DNA of 64,000 nucleotides from Octopus vulgaris (Eukaryota): NCBI GenBank assembly GCA_951406725.2, contig OX597821.1, positions 26,412,001 to 26,476,000 of the forward strand, read 5' to 3'. Shown piece by piece: positions 42,693 to 53,824 of this stretch (position 1 is its first letter; each line of letters starts with the position of its first letter). The notes under the pieces were generated by a model. It saw only the letters and a program-made list of their open reading frames with translations, ran no database searches and was not told where the DNA came from. The position numbers and the translations under genes were made by a program.

Positions 42693-44153
42693 TCACAAGC
42701 GGGAATCCGGATGGCCTCTGTGCAAGGACAATCCGAACACAGACAGGTGTTGCAGGGAGTGACCGGTGGAGCGGAAATGGCGTGAGACCGGTGTGTCATT
42801 GGCAAGGCGGATGTCTCGGAGGTGTTCCGCGAACAGGTTAGCCAAGCGGCGTCCCGTTTGTCCGATGTACAGGAGATGCAATAGATGATATTGCTGGAGG
42901 TGCAGGTGAAGGAGTCGATGATGCGATAGGGTCAATGATGGGTGCCAGTGAGGAGGGTGGTGTTGGAGAGGTAAGGGCAAGTGCGGCAACGTGGGCGGGA
43001 GCAGGGGAACGAGCCAGGTTGGGAGGTAGGGCCAGGGAAGAAGCTGTGGACCAAGAGGTCTCGTAGATTATGGGCTCGTTTGAAGGAGGGGAGGGGTCGG
43101 TTAGGGAAGAGGTGTGAAGTGGACGGGTCGGACTGGAGATGCCGGAAAGCTCGAAGAATGGTGCGTTGGAGAGGTAGGGTGGTGGGGTGGTAAGTGAGGG
43201 GATAAAGGAGGCGGGAGACTGCAAGGCGGGTTCGGGGGGGGGGAGCAGATGCACGGTCTACGGAACGTGCTCTGGCAAGGGCGGTGTGGATAGTGGTGAG
43301 GGGGTATCCACGTAGGATGAAGTGGAGAGCCATGAGTTGAGACTGAGTCTCAAAGTCATGGTCGTCACTACAGAGCCTACATAGACGGAGGAATTGGGAA
43401 TAGGGGATGGAAAGCTTGGTGTGTTTGGGGTGGGAGGAAGAGAAGTTTAGGTATGAGTGTGAGTCTGTGTGTTTGTAGTGAATGGAGGTGGTAAGAGTGG
43501 AGTGATGAATGCTGACCGAAATGTCGAGGAAGGAGACAGAGGTGTTGGAGATAGTGGAGGTGAAGTGGAGGGCAGGATGGAAGGATTGAACGAAAGAGAG
43601 GAAGGAATCTAGATGTTCACGGGAGAGTGAGGTGGCACCGATAATGTCGTCAATGTAACGACCGTATAGTTCGGGAGCGGGACCAGTGAAACTTGAGAAT
43701 ATTTGGGCCTCAGCATAGCCAACGAACAGGTTCGCATAGTTGGGGCCCATTTGCGTTCCCATGGCCACTCCCGAGAACTGTTGGTAGAACTCGCCCGCGA
43801 ACGAGAAGCAGTTAAGAGAAAGGACAAGTTCGGCCAGACGAATGAGTGTGGAGGTGTCGTGTTCGGGGTTGGGGCGGAGGTCGAGAAAGTGTTGAAGTGC
43901 CCGCAGTCCTTCATGGTGAGGGATGACGGTATAGAGGCTCTGGATGTCCATTGTAAAAAGGATTTTGGAGGAGCCGGGAGGAAAGGAGAAAGAGTTGAAA
44001 AGCCGGAGAGCATGGTTGGTGTCATGGATGTGGGAGGGAAGAGACGCCACTAGGGGGGCAAGGACACGGTCGAGGTATTTTGAGATGAGCTCCGTGGGGC
44101 AGTTACAGGCGGAGACGATGGGCGGCCAGGGTTGTTGGGTTTGTGGATTTTAT
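42693..44153 (-). mobile_element. Penelope-like element, Neptune-like: RT, Cys linker and GIY-YIG endonuclease, truncated
   Basis: LFTMDIQSLYT, GVAMGTQMGPNYANLF, RYIDD, FLDI, YKHTDSHSYL..SSSHP, CSRPRCRTC, FTCTSSNIIYCISC, YIGQTGRRL...FAEH, PVSRHF. Confidence 0.92.
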
Positions 44154-44228
44154 GAAAGAGACCTCGATGTTATGTAAATAGAGGAATTTATCTGTAAATG
44201 TAATATATGACAATTATTTGGTAGCCAT

Positions 44229-44289
44229 GATAAAACTCCGAGTTTCGGATGCCGGGGTGGAAATCCACGCCGCTATCTCTTCAGTTATC
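44229..44289 (-). ncRNA. Type I hammerhead fold in pLTR-like sequence next to the Neptune-like RT
   Basis: Minus: gataa-CUGAAGA-gatagcggcgtgg(attt)ccaccccggcatcc-GAAA-ctcggag-UU-ttatc. Confidence 0.65.
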
Positions 44290-44378
44290 TGGCCACCAAA
44301 AAAAATGCCATGAAAATGACCGTTAAACAAAGGGAAATTACGTTGGCTGCCGAAACAATTGTTACATATTACATTTAC

Positions 44379-44426
<48 letters not shown>

Positions 44427-44596
44427 CTGTATAGAAAAACAAGACGACGACCGGTGTATAAACAATAAGCAGGTGTATTAGGCGTATTGGTTTGACGCTC
44501 GGGCAGGTATATATGTATTATTTTATAGATAAATTTCCTCTATTTACATAATATTGAGGTCTCTTTCTTTCTTTTGTTATCTTACCGTTTTTACCA

Positions 44597-44644
<48 letters not shown>

Positions 44645-44647
<3 letters not shown>

Positions 44648-44748
44648 ATTTTATAGAAGGAGCTTCTACAGGACTAGAACTGTTTCATTCAGATGTTCAT
44701 CTAAATGAAACAGTTCTAGTCCTGTAGAAGCTCCTTCTATAAAATAAA
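44645..44748. repeat. Perfect 45-bp inverted repeat made of truncated pLTR/hammerhead halves
   Basis: tttattttatagaaggagcttctacaggactagaactgtttcatt and its exact reverse complement, 14-nt spacer. Confidence 0.92.
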
Positions 44749-44814
44749 TTACTTTACTCTGCTATGTATTGAGTACCTTATTTACTGTGGTTAACCCCGA
44801 CTCAACCCGGGACC

Positions 44815-44857
<43 letters not shown>

Positions 44858-44884
44858 GTATCCATATACATATATTTATACATT

Positions 44885-45203
<319 letters not shown>

Positions 45204-45307
45204 AGTATATATGTACATATATATGATCAAGTTAGTGGAAAATAATATTTTTCCAAATTTGGTGGGTCTGTATTATATTTAGCTGGGCAATATTTATTGT
45301 TGGGGCA

Positions 45308-45399
45308 TGCGCATGCGCTTGTGCAAGTATATGTATGTTTTTTTTTTTTCTGCAGAAGAGAAAAACGGAACGATTATAGGTCGGGTTAAATGACGTCAT
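45308..45399 (+). promoter_or_regulatory. Candidate proximal promoter: NRF-1/EWG-type TGCGCATGCGC and palindromic CRE ATGACGTCAT
   Basis: Motifs at 45308-45318 and 45390-45399, within ~175 bp of the ATG; a poly-T/CTGCAG acceptor-like site lies between them (45338-45355). Confidence 0.45.
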
Positions 45400-45482
45400 A
45401 AGAGAAACTGTGCTAAATGGGAATATTCTAAGCGTTCGTGATATCGACTGCGTATTTGCTGAGTTTGTAAAAGTTTTTTCTT

Positions 45483-47411
45483 ATGGGGCGATTTCTTACC
45501 TATCTACTTTTAAGCATTCTTTATTGTTACTTTTGTGAAGCAAATGCTGGAAGTCTAGGCTCAAAACCCTTTACTGCCTGGATATATAATATCAAAATCC
45601 CGCATACCAACAGGACCCAGAATAAAGATGCACTTTATTTTAAGGTTCAAGCAAATAAACATGAAATAATTTTAAAACTGAGAAAATCTTCAAGAACATA
45701 TGAATCGTTTGATACGTATATCTTAAATTATAAAGGTTTTCAGAAGAATCTCGTCCAACATAACGTTACATGTGTTAATACGTCTGGTATATACGTCAAC
45801 GAAAATGGCTATTTTACAGTTCAATGTAAAAAAGAGCAAACACGAAACGAAACTTTCAAACAATATTTTTTAACTGGAATGTTTTGCTACAATGGTTTCC
45901 ATTTCATTCTTTATCCTGATTTTTTAAAACTCGACGTTGGAAGATTCCAAGGTAAATATGGACACCGGCATACAATACACCCTCTGCAAGGTGCAGCATC
46001 ACAGAATGCGTGTGATCGTATTTCAGAGAATAATACAGCTCATTTAAAACCTCCATATTCACAATTTAGGAAAAAGCGACAAACGGCGAAAAGCCGCGGT
46101 TTCGCTGGGATGAATATTGAACTATCAATTATACTAGACTATACAATATATGAGCACTTCATGCTTGTAATACCACATTATGTTGAAAACGTAGAAGAAA
46201 GAACGGACGAATTAATACACTCATATTATAGTACTCTGATTTCATTGATACAATATGTATTCCATTCTCTGACTACTGAAGACTTTTCTTTAGATATAAT
46301 AAGTAATTACATGGTTATTACTAAAACGAAACACGCGCACAACTTGATTCTTGCTGATTGGGCATCAAAGGATCCAAAAGACATTTGGATGCGCTTGAAA
46401 AATTGGTTGGTTCATTCAAGCGAAGAATATACTAGCGGTATGGACCATATAGTATTTATAACATTACACGACATAATTCCATATCTTGAGGAACTTGGTT
46501 TCGGTAAGGCAAACAGAATTTGTTCAAGTGATTCTATAAGCATCCTTTCTGAAAGGCTAAGTTTGAGAACAGCTTTTGCTGCAGTCCAATTAATTGGACG
46601 CTCGGTTGGAATACCGTTTGATACGCTTGACACCCAGTGTCCCCCCGAAGACAGATACGTAATGTCCCCACTCCTTGAATTATTCCAGAATACGGATTTA
46701 AGCTTAAACCTGTTTTCATTTTCACAGTGTTCGAGAGACTACGTATCAGGTATCGTCAAAAAAGGTCGCAACGACAAGAGGTACGCTTGTTTGTGGCGAA
46801 GAAGCATAGTGCCAGAGTACCATCTAAATACCATGATCAAACCTGGACAATGGCTCAGCGCGAGTCAACAATGCTATAACAGATTTTTTCACGAATCGGA
46901 TATATACTATTGCGAAAATGAGAATTTCCAAAGAACTGAGAGATTTTGTATCCATATGATGTGTTACCAGAAAGGCATGTGTATTGGAATGATGCCCCTA
47001 GAAGGTACAACGTGTGGCAAGGGTATGTGGTGCATTAAAGGGCACTGTACAACGCAGGGAGACCCACCAAAAATACCTATGAATTGTTGGTTGGGGGATA
47101 AACATCCCGATGTAATTGATGAACTTAATATTACGTGTAATTATGCTACATTCGGAAGAAACTATTATTGTTATAATGATTATTTCTATTCTATGTGTTG
47201 CTGGACTTGTGCTTTGCTCGCCAGGAAAGTAGAGAGCTGCAAATACGGGGACAAGCGTGAAGGATGCCGAAGAAAACTTTGTAAATATTATGACGATACA
47301 ATGAAACAAAATTGCTGTGGAACATGTGATGTAGAGGCTCTCAGTTCGTCGAATCATCTCAAGACAATTTTATACCTATACATTTTACAATGTATTATTT
47401 GGTTTATTTAA
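45483..47411 (+). CDS. Intronless ADAMTS/M12B (reprolysin)-like protein, predicted catalytically inactive, with Cys-rich domains and GPI-like tail
   Basis: 642-aa ORF; signal peptide; prodomain ending RKKR; IELSIILDYTIY and DHIVFITLHD strands; QLIGRSVGIPFD at HExxHxxGxxHD position; Met-turn YVMSP; FSQCS; PGQWLSASQQC..EGTTCGKGMWCIKGHC disintegrin-like; two C..GD..CCxTC repeats; hydrophobic C-terminus. Confidence 0.93.
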   Translation: MGRFLTYLLLSILYCYFCEANAGSLGSKPFTAWIYNIKIPHTNRTQNKDALYFKVQANKHEIILKLRKSSRTYESFDTYILNYKGFQKNLVQHNVTCVNTSGIYVNENGYFTVQCKKEQTRNETFKQYFLTGMFCYNGFHFILYPDFLKLDVGRFQGKYGHRHTIHPLQGAASQNACDRISENNTAHLKPPYSQFRKKRQTAKSRGFAGMNIELSIILDYTIYEHFMLVIPHYVENVEERTDELIHSYYSTLISLIQYVFHSLTTEDFSLDIISNYMVITKTKHAHNLILADWASKDPKDIWMRLKNWLVHSSEEYTSGMDHIVFITLHDIIPYLEELGFGKANRICSSDSISILSERLSLRTAFAAVQLIGRSVGIPFDTLDTQCPPEDRYVMSPLLELFQNTDLSLNLFSFSQCSRDYVSGIVKKGRNDKRYACLWRRSIVPEYHLNTMIKPGQWLSASQQCYNRFFHESDIYYCENENFQRTERFCIHMMCYQKGMCIGMMPLEGTTCGKGMWCIKGHCTTQGDPPKIPMNCWLGDKHPDVIDELNITCNYATFGRNYYCYNDYFYSMCCWTCALLARKVESCKYGDKREGCRRKLCKYYDDTMKQNCCGTCDVEALSSSNHLKTILYLYILQCIIWFI

Positions 47412-47879
47412 ATAGTATTAAGATGTTTTCTTAAGTTACCACGAATCGTTTTCATGAAAACCAAAATGAGGCCTATAAGTGAATCTTTTTGTTATGACTG
47501 TTTATACATTGTTCTTTCATTGTACATCACGAACCTACGAAGGAGTCTCTATGTGGCTACCCAACATGCATGACGTACCAGTCAAATATCCTTCATAATG
47601 TTTATCAGTATTTCAGAGTAGATACATAGTAGATACATAGATGAAAAGAAAAGTAGATACATAAATCGAAAGAAAAGTAGACACATAGATACATACACAC
47701 ATTGTTAAATTAAAGGCGGGAGAGGTGAGGGACACAGAGGAAGTGAGGGAGAAAGTGAGAGAGACATATATCGAAAGAAAAGTTGATACATAGATACATT
47801 GTTAAATCAAAGACAAATAATTACAACACATATTGGATGTTACTTCCACTTTTCACTACCACACGAAAATAAAATGAAC

Positions 47880-48612
47880 TCACAAACTTGCACGTGGCTG
47901 AGTACTCCACAGACATGCATACGATTAACGTAGTTCTCAGAGAGATTAAGCCTCTCACATAATATGAGGCTGGCTCCTTTGAATTAGAGCTACAACTCAT
48001 TTTGGTCAGCTGAGTGGACTGGAGCAAGGTAAACCTTCAAGTGGTTGGAAGAAAACGAAAAAAGATCCTATATAGGAACAGGGAAATCTTTTTAGTCGTT
48101 AGGGTCACTATGGGTGTTAATCCGGTCCTAACAGCGGGATTAGTGGGTTTCACAGATCCGGAGGCTAAGCTCTCGGGTAAACACCGATGCGCAGGCTGTT
48201 GTTAGCAAACTGAGCGTGAATCCAGGGCAAAGTCACTATACGACGGAATAGCAATTATTTCGTCTCAGCCTTCACTGCTTATACTAAACACGTGCTTTCA
48301 CTATTTTGAAAAATGGCTTACGACGACGAGGATCTTCTTTATATGATCAACAGAACAGTCTGCTCGTAAAATTAACGCGCAAGTGGCTGAGTACTCCACA
48401 GACAGGCATGCCATAACGTAGTTCTCAGGAAGATCCAACCTCACACAAAAGTGACAAGGCTGGCCTCTTTGAATTACAACTACAACTCATTTTTGCCATC
48501 TCAGTGGACTGCAGCAAGGTGATGTAGAGTACACAGCACGTCACAGAGCATCGTATTCATGACTTTATGATCGTGGGCCAAATATCCCTAACCACTGGGC
48601 CACGCATCTTCA
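47880..48612 (-). mobile_element. Two old SINEs combining a CORE-like centre with the family C tail (47880-48030, 48320-48612)
   Basis: gtggctgagtactccacagac...gtagttctc (C tail) joined to caactcattttt...gtggactggagcaa (E centre). Confidence 0.7.
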
Positions 48613-49104
48613 CTCTCTTAACCGTAAAGAAAAGGAGTGAAGCAATAGAAACAGAGACAGTGACAATTAGACTGAAATACGACAAATCTTTTCTCGCTTC
48701 TTTACTTTTATTAATGAAGAAGAGAGAAAGACATTTAGTAATGAATAGAGGGAAAGTCTTTCGGGTGTTTATGTTCTCATTCTGGGAGTTCTAGAACGAT
48801 CGACTGTTAGTTCTCTCTTCTTCCCCCCACCCCCTGTACTTATTCGCCTTCTTTTATAGTTCTTCATGTCTTATAGTTGGGAGGAAATACCATGTTTTTT
48901 CTGGCACGTTTAACGTTTCCTCTTCAAACTACAAACAAGTTCCACCTCTCTTCCTTTTTTTTCATACTAAAACTAATGCAAATTTCGAATGGGGTATAGC
49001 TGTGAAAAGAGCCCAGAAAAATGGGTAATAACTCCTACAAAATGGGTGGGGGAGAAAAGTTGCCAACAGGCGGCTATATGAAATTCAACTCTATAATTTA
49101 AAGG

Positions 49105-49392
49105 GTGTTTCTACTATAGCCTCGGGGCGACCAAATCTCGTGAGTGGATTTCATAGACGGAAACTGAAAGAAACCCGTCATACACACACATGTATATATT
49201 TATGTGTGTGTTTGTGTCTGTGTTTGTCCTCCCGCCACCATCACTTCACAACCGATGTCGATTCGTTTGCGTCTCCGTAACTTAGCTGTTCGACAGAGGA
49301 GGAGGGGGCTGATAAAATAAGCACCAGACTTACAAGGAATAAGTCCAAGGGTCGATTTCTTCGAGCAAAAGGCTGAAGTAAGTAAAAGAATA
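49105..49392 (+). mobile_element. Old SINE family B
   Basis: ctactatagcctcgggg...gtgagtggattt..agacggaaactgaaagaa; aataagtcc..gggtcgattt. Confidence 0.75.
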
Positions 49393-50769
49393 ATAGAATG
49401 CCAGATGAACGTTCCGTACCACTAAACCAAGAAGGTTCTTTGAATATATACGATGTATTTTAAGGCTAAATAGTAATTCTGTTTACGTTTGCGTAACTGA
49501 AATATTTTGGCTGGATTATATAGTCATTGGTTTTACACTTCTTTCTATATTCTGTATCACAATATAGAAACATTTCTCATGGCACCAGCCCATAATTTAC
49601 AGATGCTTATATTTTTTATGTTTTCCGTAAAGTTTTCACGGGTTCAGTTGGTTTTGAATTATTCAGGTTTAAGAGGGGTGTCCACAATATTTGCTTATAA
49701 CTTTATAAATTTTACACAGATTTGAAATTTTGTCAGTGGGTGCTTTAAATACTACTGGTTTATAGTTATGTAATTTTAGCTGATCTTACTGAGTAAATTT
49801 GACTTTTATGGGCAGGTAAATTTAATCAACAGGTGTAAAAGCAATAACATTATATTGATAAACACTAAAATTGAAATTCTTAATGCAACTTACCTGTTTG
49901 ATTTGTTACTAAAATGATCCCAGATGGCAACCGAAAAAAATTTTGCAACTTTACAAGATGAGGTACATTAACGCGAATTAATTAAAATACAAGCATAATC
50001 GGTACAAGATTTTATTCTTTCAGTAAATATTTCGTACAACGGTGTGTAATAATTTTTTTCCAGATTTTTTTTTCAAGTGCATTCAACGTATCTGACCGCC
50101 AAACCCGCCGCAAGTCACCTTTTTTCCGGAAAAGAAAGGTGGGAGGGGTGGTGGGGACCTCGAAATTTCCCATTAAGGGAGTTTTGTTTCGCGGTTTTAT
50201 TTTTTTTCCAGGATATTTTGAATGCTTTCAACGAATGTGACATCGAAATCACGCGTAAACGGTTCTTTTTTCCAGAAAAGGAAAGATTTGGCCGTTATTT
50301 CTAGCATGCCCTGCTACCACGTAACAGCTATTGGCGTTCACACCGACATATTTACCAACGTTTTCCCTTCCATTTATTTTTTCCACTTTATGGAAGTCAA
50401 TATTTTCTCTGTTGACATCCACCTCAGTTCATTTTGCTTTTCTCCCAGTTCTGTGCTTTCTGGAAGAAAAAAACCCCCATGTTATCTCAGAGTTACGAGA
50501 ATTCACAAACGTGATTTGTTTGTCTTCTTAAAAGATTTCGTAGAGGGAGCTATGTAACCCTTGCCAGGTTTTGGTCGGTAAGGGTTACATAGTGCCAAAA
50601 TTATAAAATCTTTTTTGAGGGCTTTAGAACCCCAAAACTGCAGTTTTTTTTTTGCTTTAGAGTTAAAAATGCTGATTTTATGGTTTTAAATTTTAAAGGG
50701 CCTAAAAATGGCTGAAAGAATGACGCGTACAATATTAAATATGCCAAGACAATCTGAAAACAATAGAAA

Positions 50770-50947
50770 CTTTTAAAACTTATGAAATTTTGGGGTTAAC
50801 GGACTTGAGTTAACGGGAGCTAAATATAACGGAAATTAATAAGTCCGATAATGATTTCCAAAGTTAACTTAAAGTTAAATCGTTAACGAAAATGTTAACT
50901 TCGTTAATTAACGATTAATGGATTAACGGATTTATGTCGAGTTTTGG
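50770..50947. mobile_element. Probable hAT-type subterminal region (TTAACG repeats)
   Basis: Dense gttaac/ttaacg repeats in both orientations. Confidence 0.4.
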
Positions 50948-51248
50948 GTATATGTTTGTGTCGGTGTGTTTGATTGTAATAATTATTTTTTAACAAAACA
51001 GATAGAATATGGATGGTAAATCTATATTAATGCACTTGTCACAATTAATACACTTGTCAATGTTATTTAGTGGTTTTCTTTTGAGATGTGACATCGATCA
51101 TCGCTTGTTACTGAAAGAAAGCTGGTTCACACATACATTCACATACTTTCCTTGTACACGTACACACATACACACATATACTCACACAGAGTTGAAACGC
51201 TGTTTGATATTCTTTTCAGCGTTGAACGTTCACCATCTCACTTCGATT

Positions 51249-51458
<210 letters not shown>

Positions 51459-52089
51459 TCACATACCTCCCTTTTACATACATACACATATACTCACACA
51501 GAGCTGAAACGCTGGCTGATTTTTCCTTCACCGTAGAATTTTCATCAACCGCTCCCAAGTTTGCCATCACCCCTTTCTTCCTTATTCATCTATCACTTCT
51601 TCTTTTCTCATTCATATATCTTGACCCCACCCCCCCAAAAACAGAAACACACAAGATTATTATTACAGTAATAAAAAAAAAAAATTTTGCTAAGGGACGT
51701 AACTCTGCTACAGCATGGAAGAGTTAATGGCCTTCTATCTATATATTTTTTCACATGAATATCATTTTACGGTGCATTTAAGGGCAATATTTCTTGTTAC
51801 TGGCCAAATCCATATATCAAAATTTATTTGCATTAATTTGGAATTTTCTTACGCAATCTATTAAGAAAAGTTAGTACAATTATAGTTTTATGAATACAAG
51901 GCAAAAACGTTGTTGCCACCTAACAAAAATATGGCTACGTTTTCGTTGTATATATCTTCAGAATGTCGGAAACTATTCAGTTTTTGCAAAGAGTTAACAT
52001 GTAGCTTAGGGTTTTAAAAAAAATGAATGTAAATTGACCCAAAGTAACGAGAATGATATTCCATAATTTTTTAAAGAGAACATAAATAT

Positions 52090-52440
52090 ATTTCTTTACT
52101 ACCCATAAGGGTCTAAACACAGAGGGGACAAACAAGGACAGACAAAGGGATTAAGTCGATTACATCGACCCCAGTGCGTAACTGGTACTTAATTTATCGA
52201 CCCCGAAAGGATGAAAGGCAAAGTCGACCTCGGCGGAATTTGAACACGGAATGTAAATACCTATCTCTTTATTGCCCACAAGGGGCTAAACACAGAGGGG
52301 ACAAACAAGGACAGACAAAGGGATTAAGTCGATTACATCGACCCCAGTGCGTAACTGGTACTTAATTTATCGAACCCGAAACGATGAAAGGCAAAGTCGA
52401 CCTCGGCAGAATTTGAACTCAGAACGTAATGGCAGACGAA
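52090..52440 (-). mobile_element. Tandem pair of 5'-truncated SINE A copies
   Basis: Two consecutive ccca.aaggg.ctaaacacagaggggacaaac...ggaatttgaac units. Confidence 0.85.
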
Positions 52441-52715
52441 AACTAATGAAATCCCTTATTTTATTACATGCACTAATTCTTCCTTATGCCGCGTTCGCAT
52501 GTACTTATATTGTACTTTTAAGAAGTGACTTAAGTATTTCAGAAAGAGTAGCTGAAGCACACCGTAGAAATGTTCTCACGGTTGATCTCAGCTGCTATAA
52601 ATGTGATTGTTTTTATCTTATATAAAATAAGTATACGTTCCGCACACTGGTTATGTTATGCAACGGTGAGATGATATTTTCTGAATTTTGATAATCAACA
52701 GTGTGATGATTTGCC

Positions 52716-53126
52716 TACTCTTTTACTCTTTTACCTGTTTCAGTCATGTGACTGTGGCCATTCTGGAGCACCGCCTTTAGTCGAGAAAATCGACCCCGGG
52801 ACTTATTCTTTGTAAGCCTAGTACTTATTTTATCGGTCTCTTTTTTGCCGAACCGCTAAGTTACCGGGACGTAAACACACCAGCATCGGTTGTCAAGCGA
52901 TGTTGGGTGGACAAACACAGACACACAAGCACGCACACACATATATATATATATACATATACACGACGGGCTTCTTTTCAGTTTCCGTCTACCAAATCCA
53001 CTCACAAGGCTTTGGTCGGCCCGAGGCTATAGTAGAAGACACTTACCCAAGGTGTCACGCAGTGGGACTGAACCCGGAACCATGTGGTTGGTAAGCAAGC
53101 TACTTACCACACAGCCGCTCCTACGC
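52716..53126 (-). mobile_element. SINE family B, full length
   Basis: Consensus match. Confidence 0.9.
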
Positions 53127-53723
53127 TTGAGGCGAAGTCGATAAAAAGAACACAAATTTCGTAGATATGTCAAATGCTAAAAATCAAAAACCAAAAACAA
53201 AAACCAAAAAAAAAAACCAAAACAAACAAACAAAAAATACGTTATCAAACATTCATGTTGTTACTTCGAACGATAAAGAGATGTTTACACCTAATAAGAA
53301 TAGTCCAAAGTTTGTATGGGATATTGGTGTGATCAAGCATGACAATAGACATAACTGTGTGATTTTAACAACTGTCATCGTTGACGTCATCAGTCCTTGT
53401 CTTGACAGCTACAGACACGAGTTAAAAGCGAGCACCACTACTAGACGCAAATGGCAAGAATTCTACCTTGAGTTTGTGTCGGTTCAAGAAAAAGAGGCGT
53501 GAAAGAAAAAATGAACTTGCTGATAATATAAGATGTCCGAGTGGTCATTTTTGTAATGATGTTATCAATTGTGTTCGTGTTGTTTATTTGTTTTTGCATC
53601 GAATACAATGATAGAATCGATCCAAGTTCGATTTTTAGTTGTTTTGGGACTGCCGAGTCGTGGGTGTGTGGCAAGAAGCTTGCTTCAAAAACCACACACA
53701 CACATACACATACACACATATAT

Positions 53724-53810
<87 letters not shown>

Positions 53811-53824
53811 ATTTTTTATTTTTA

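Noticed and set aside
42932-42934. In-frame TGA in the Neptune-like ORF as selenocysteine
   Set aside because: Not at a conserved Cys position; likelier CGA to TGA decay, and a nearby deletion also disrupts GIY-YIG
46412-47357. Antisense ORFs overlapping the ADAMTS-like gene
   Set aside because: Shadow frames without recognisable motifs
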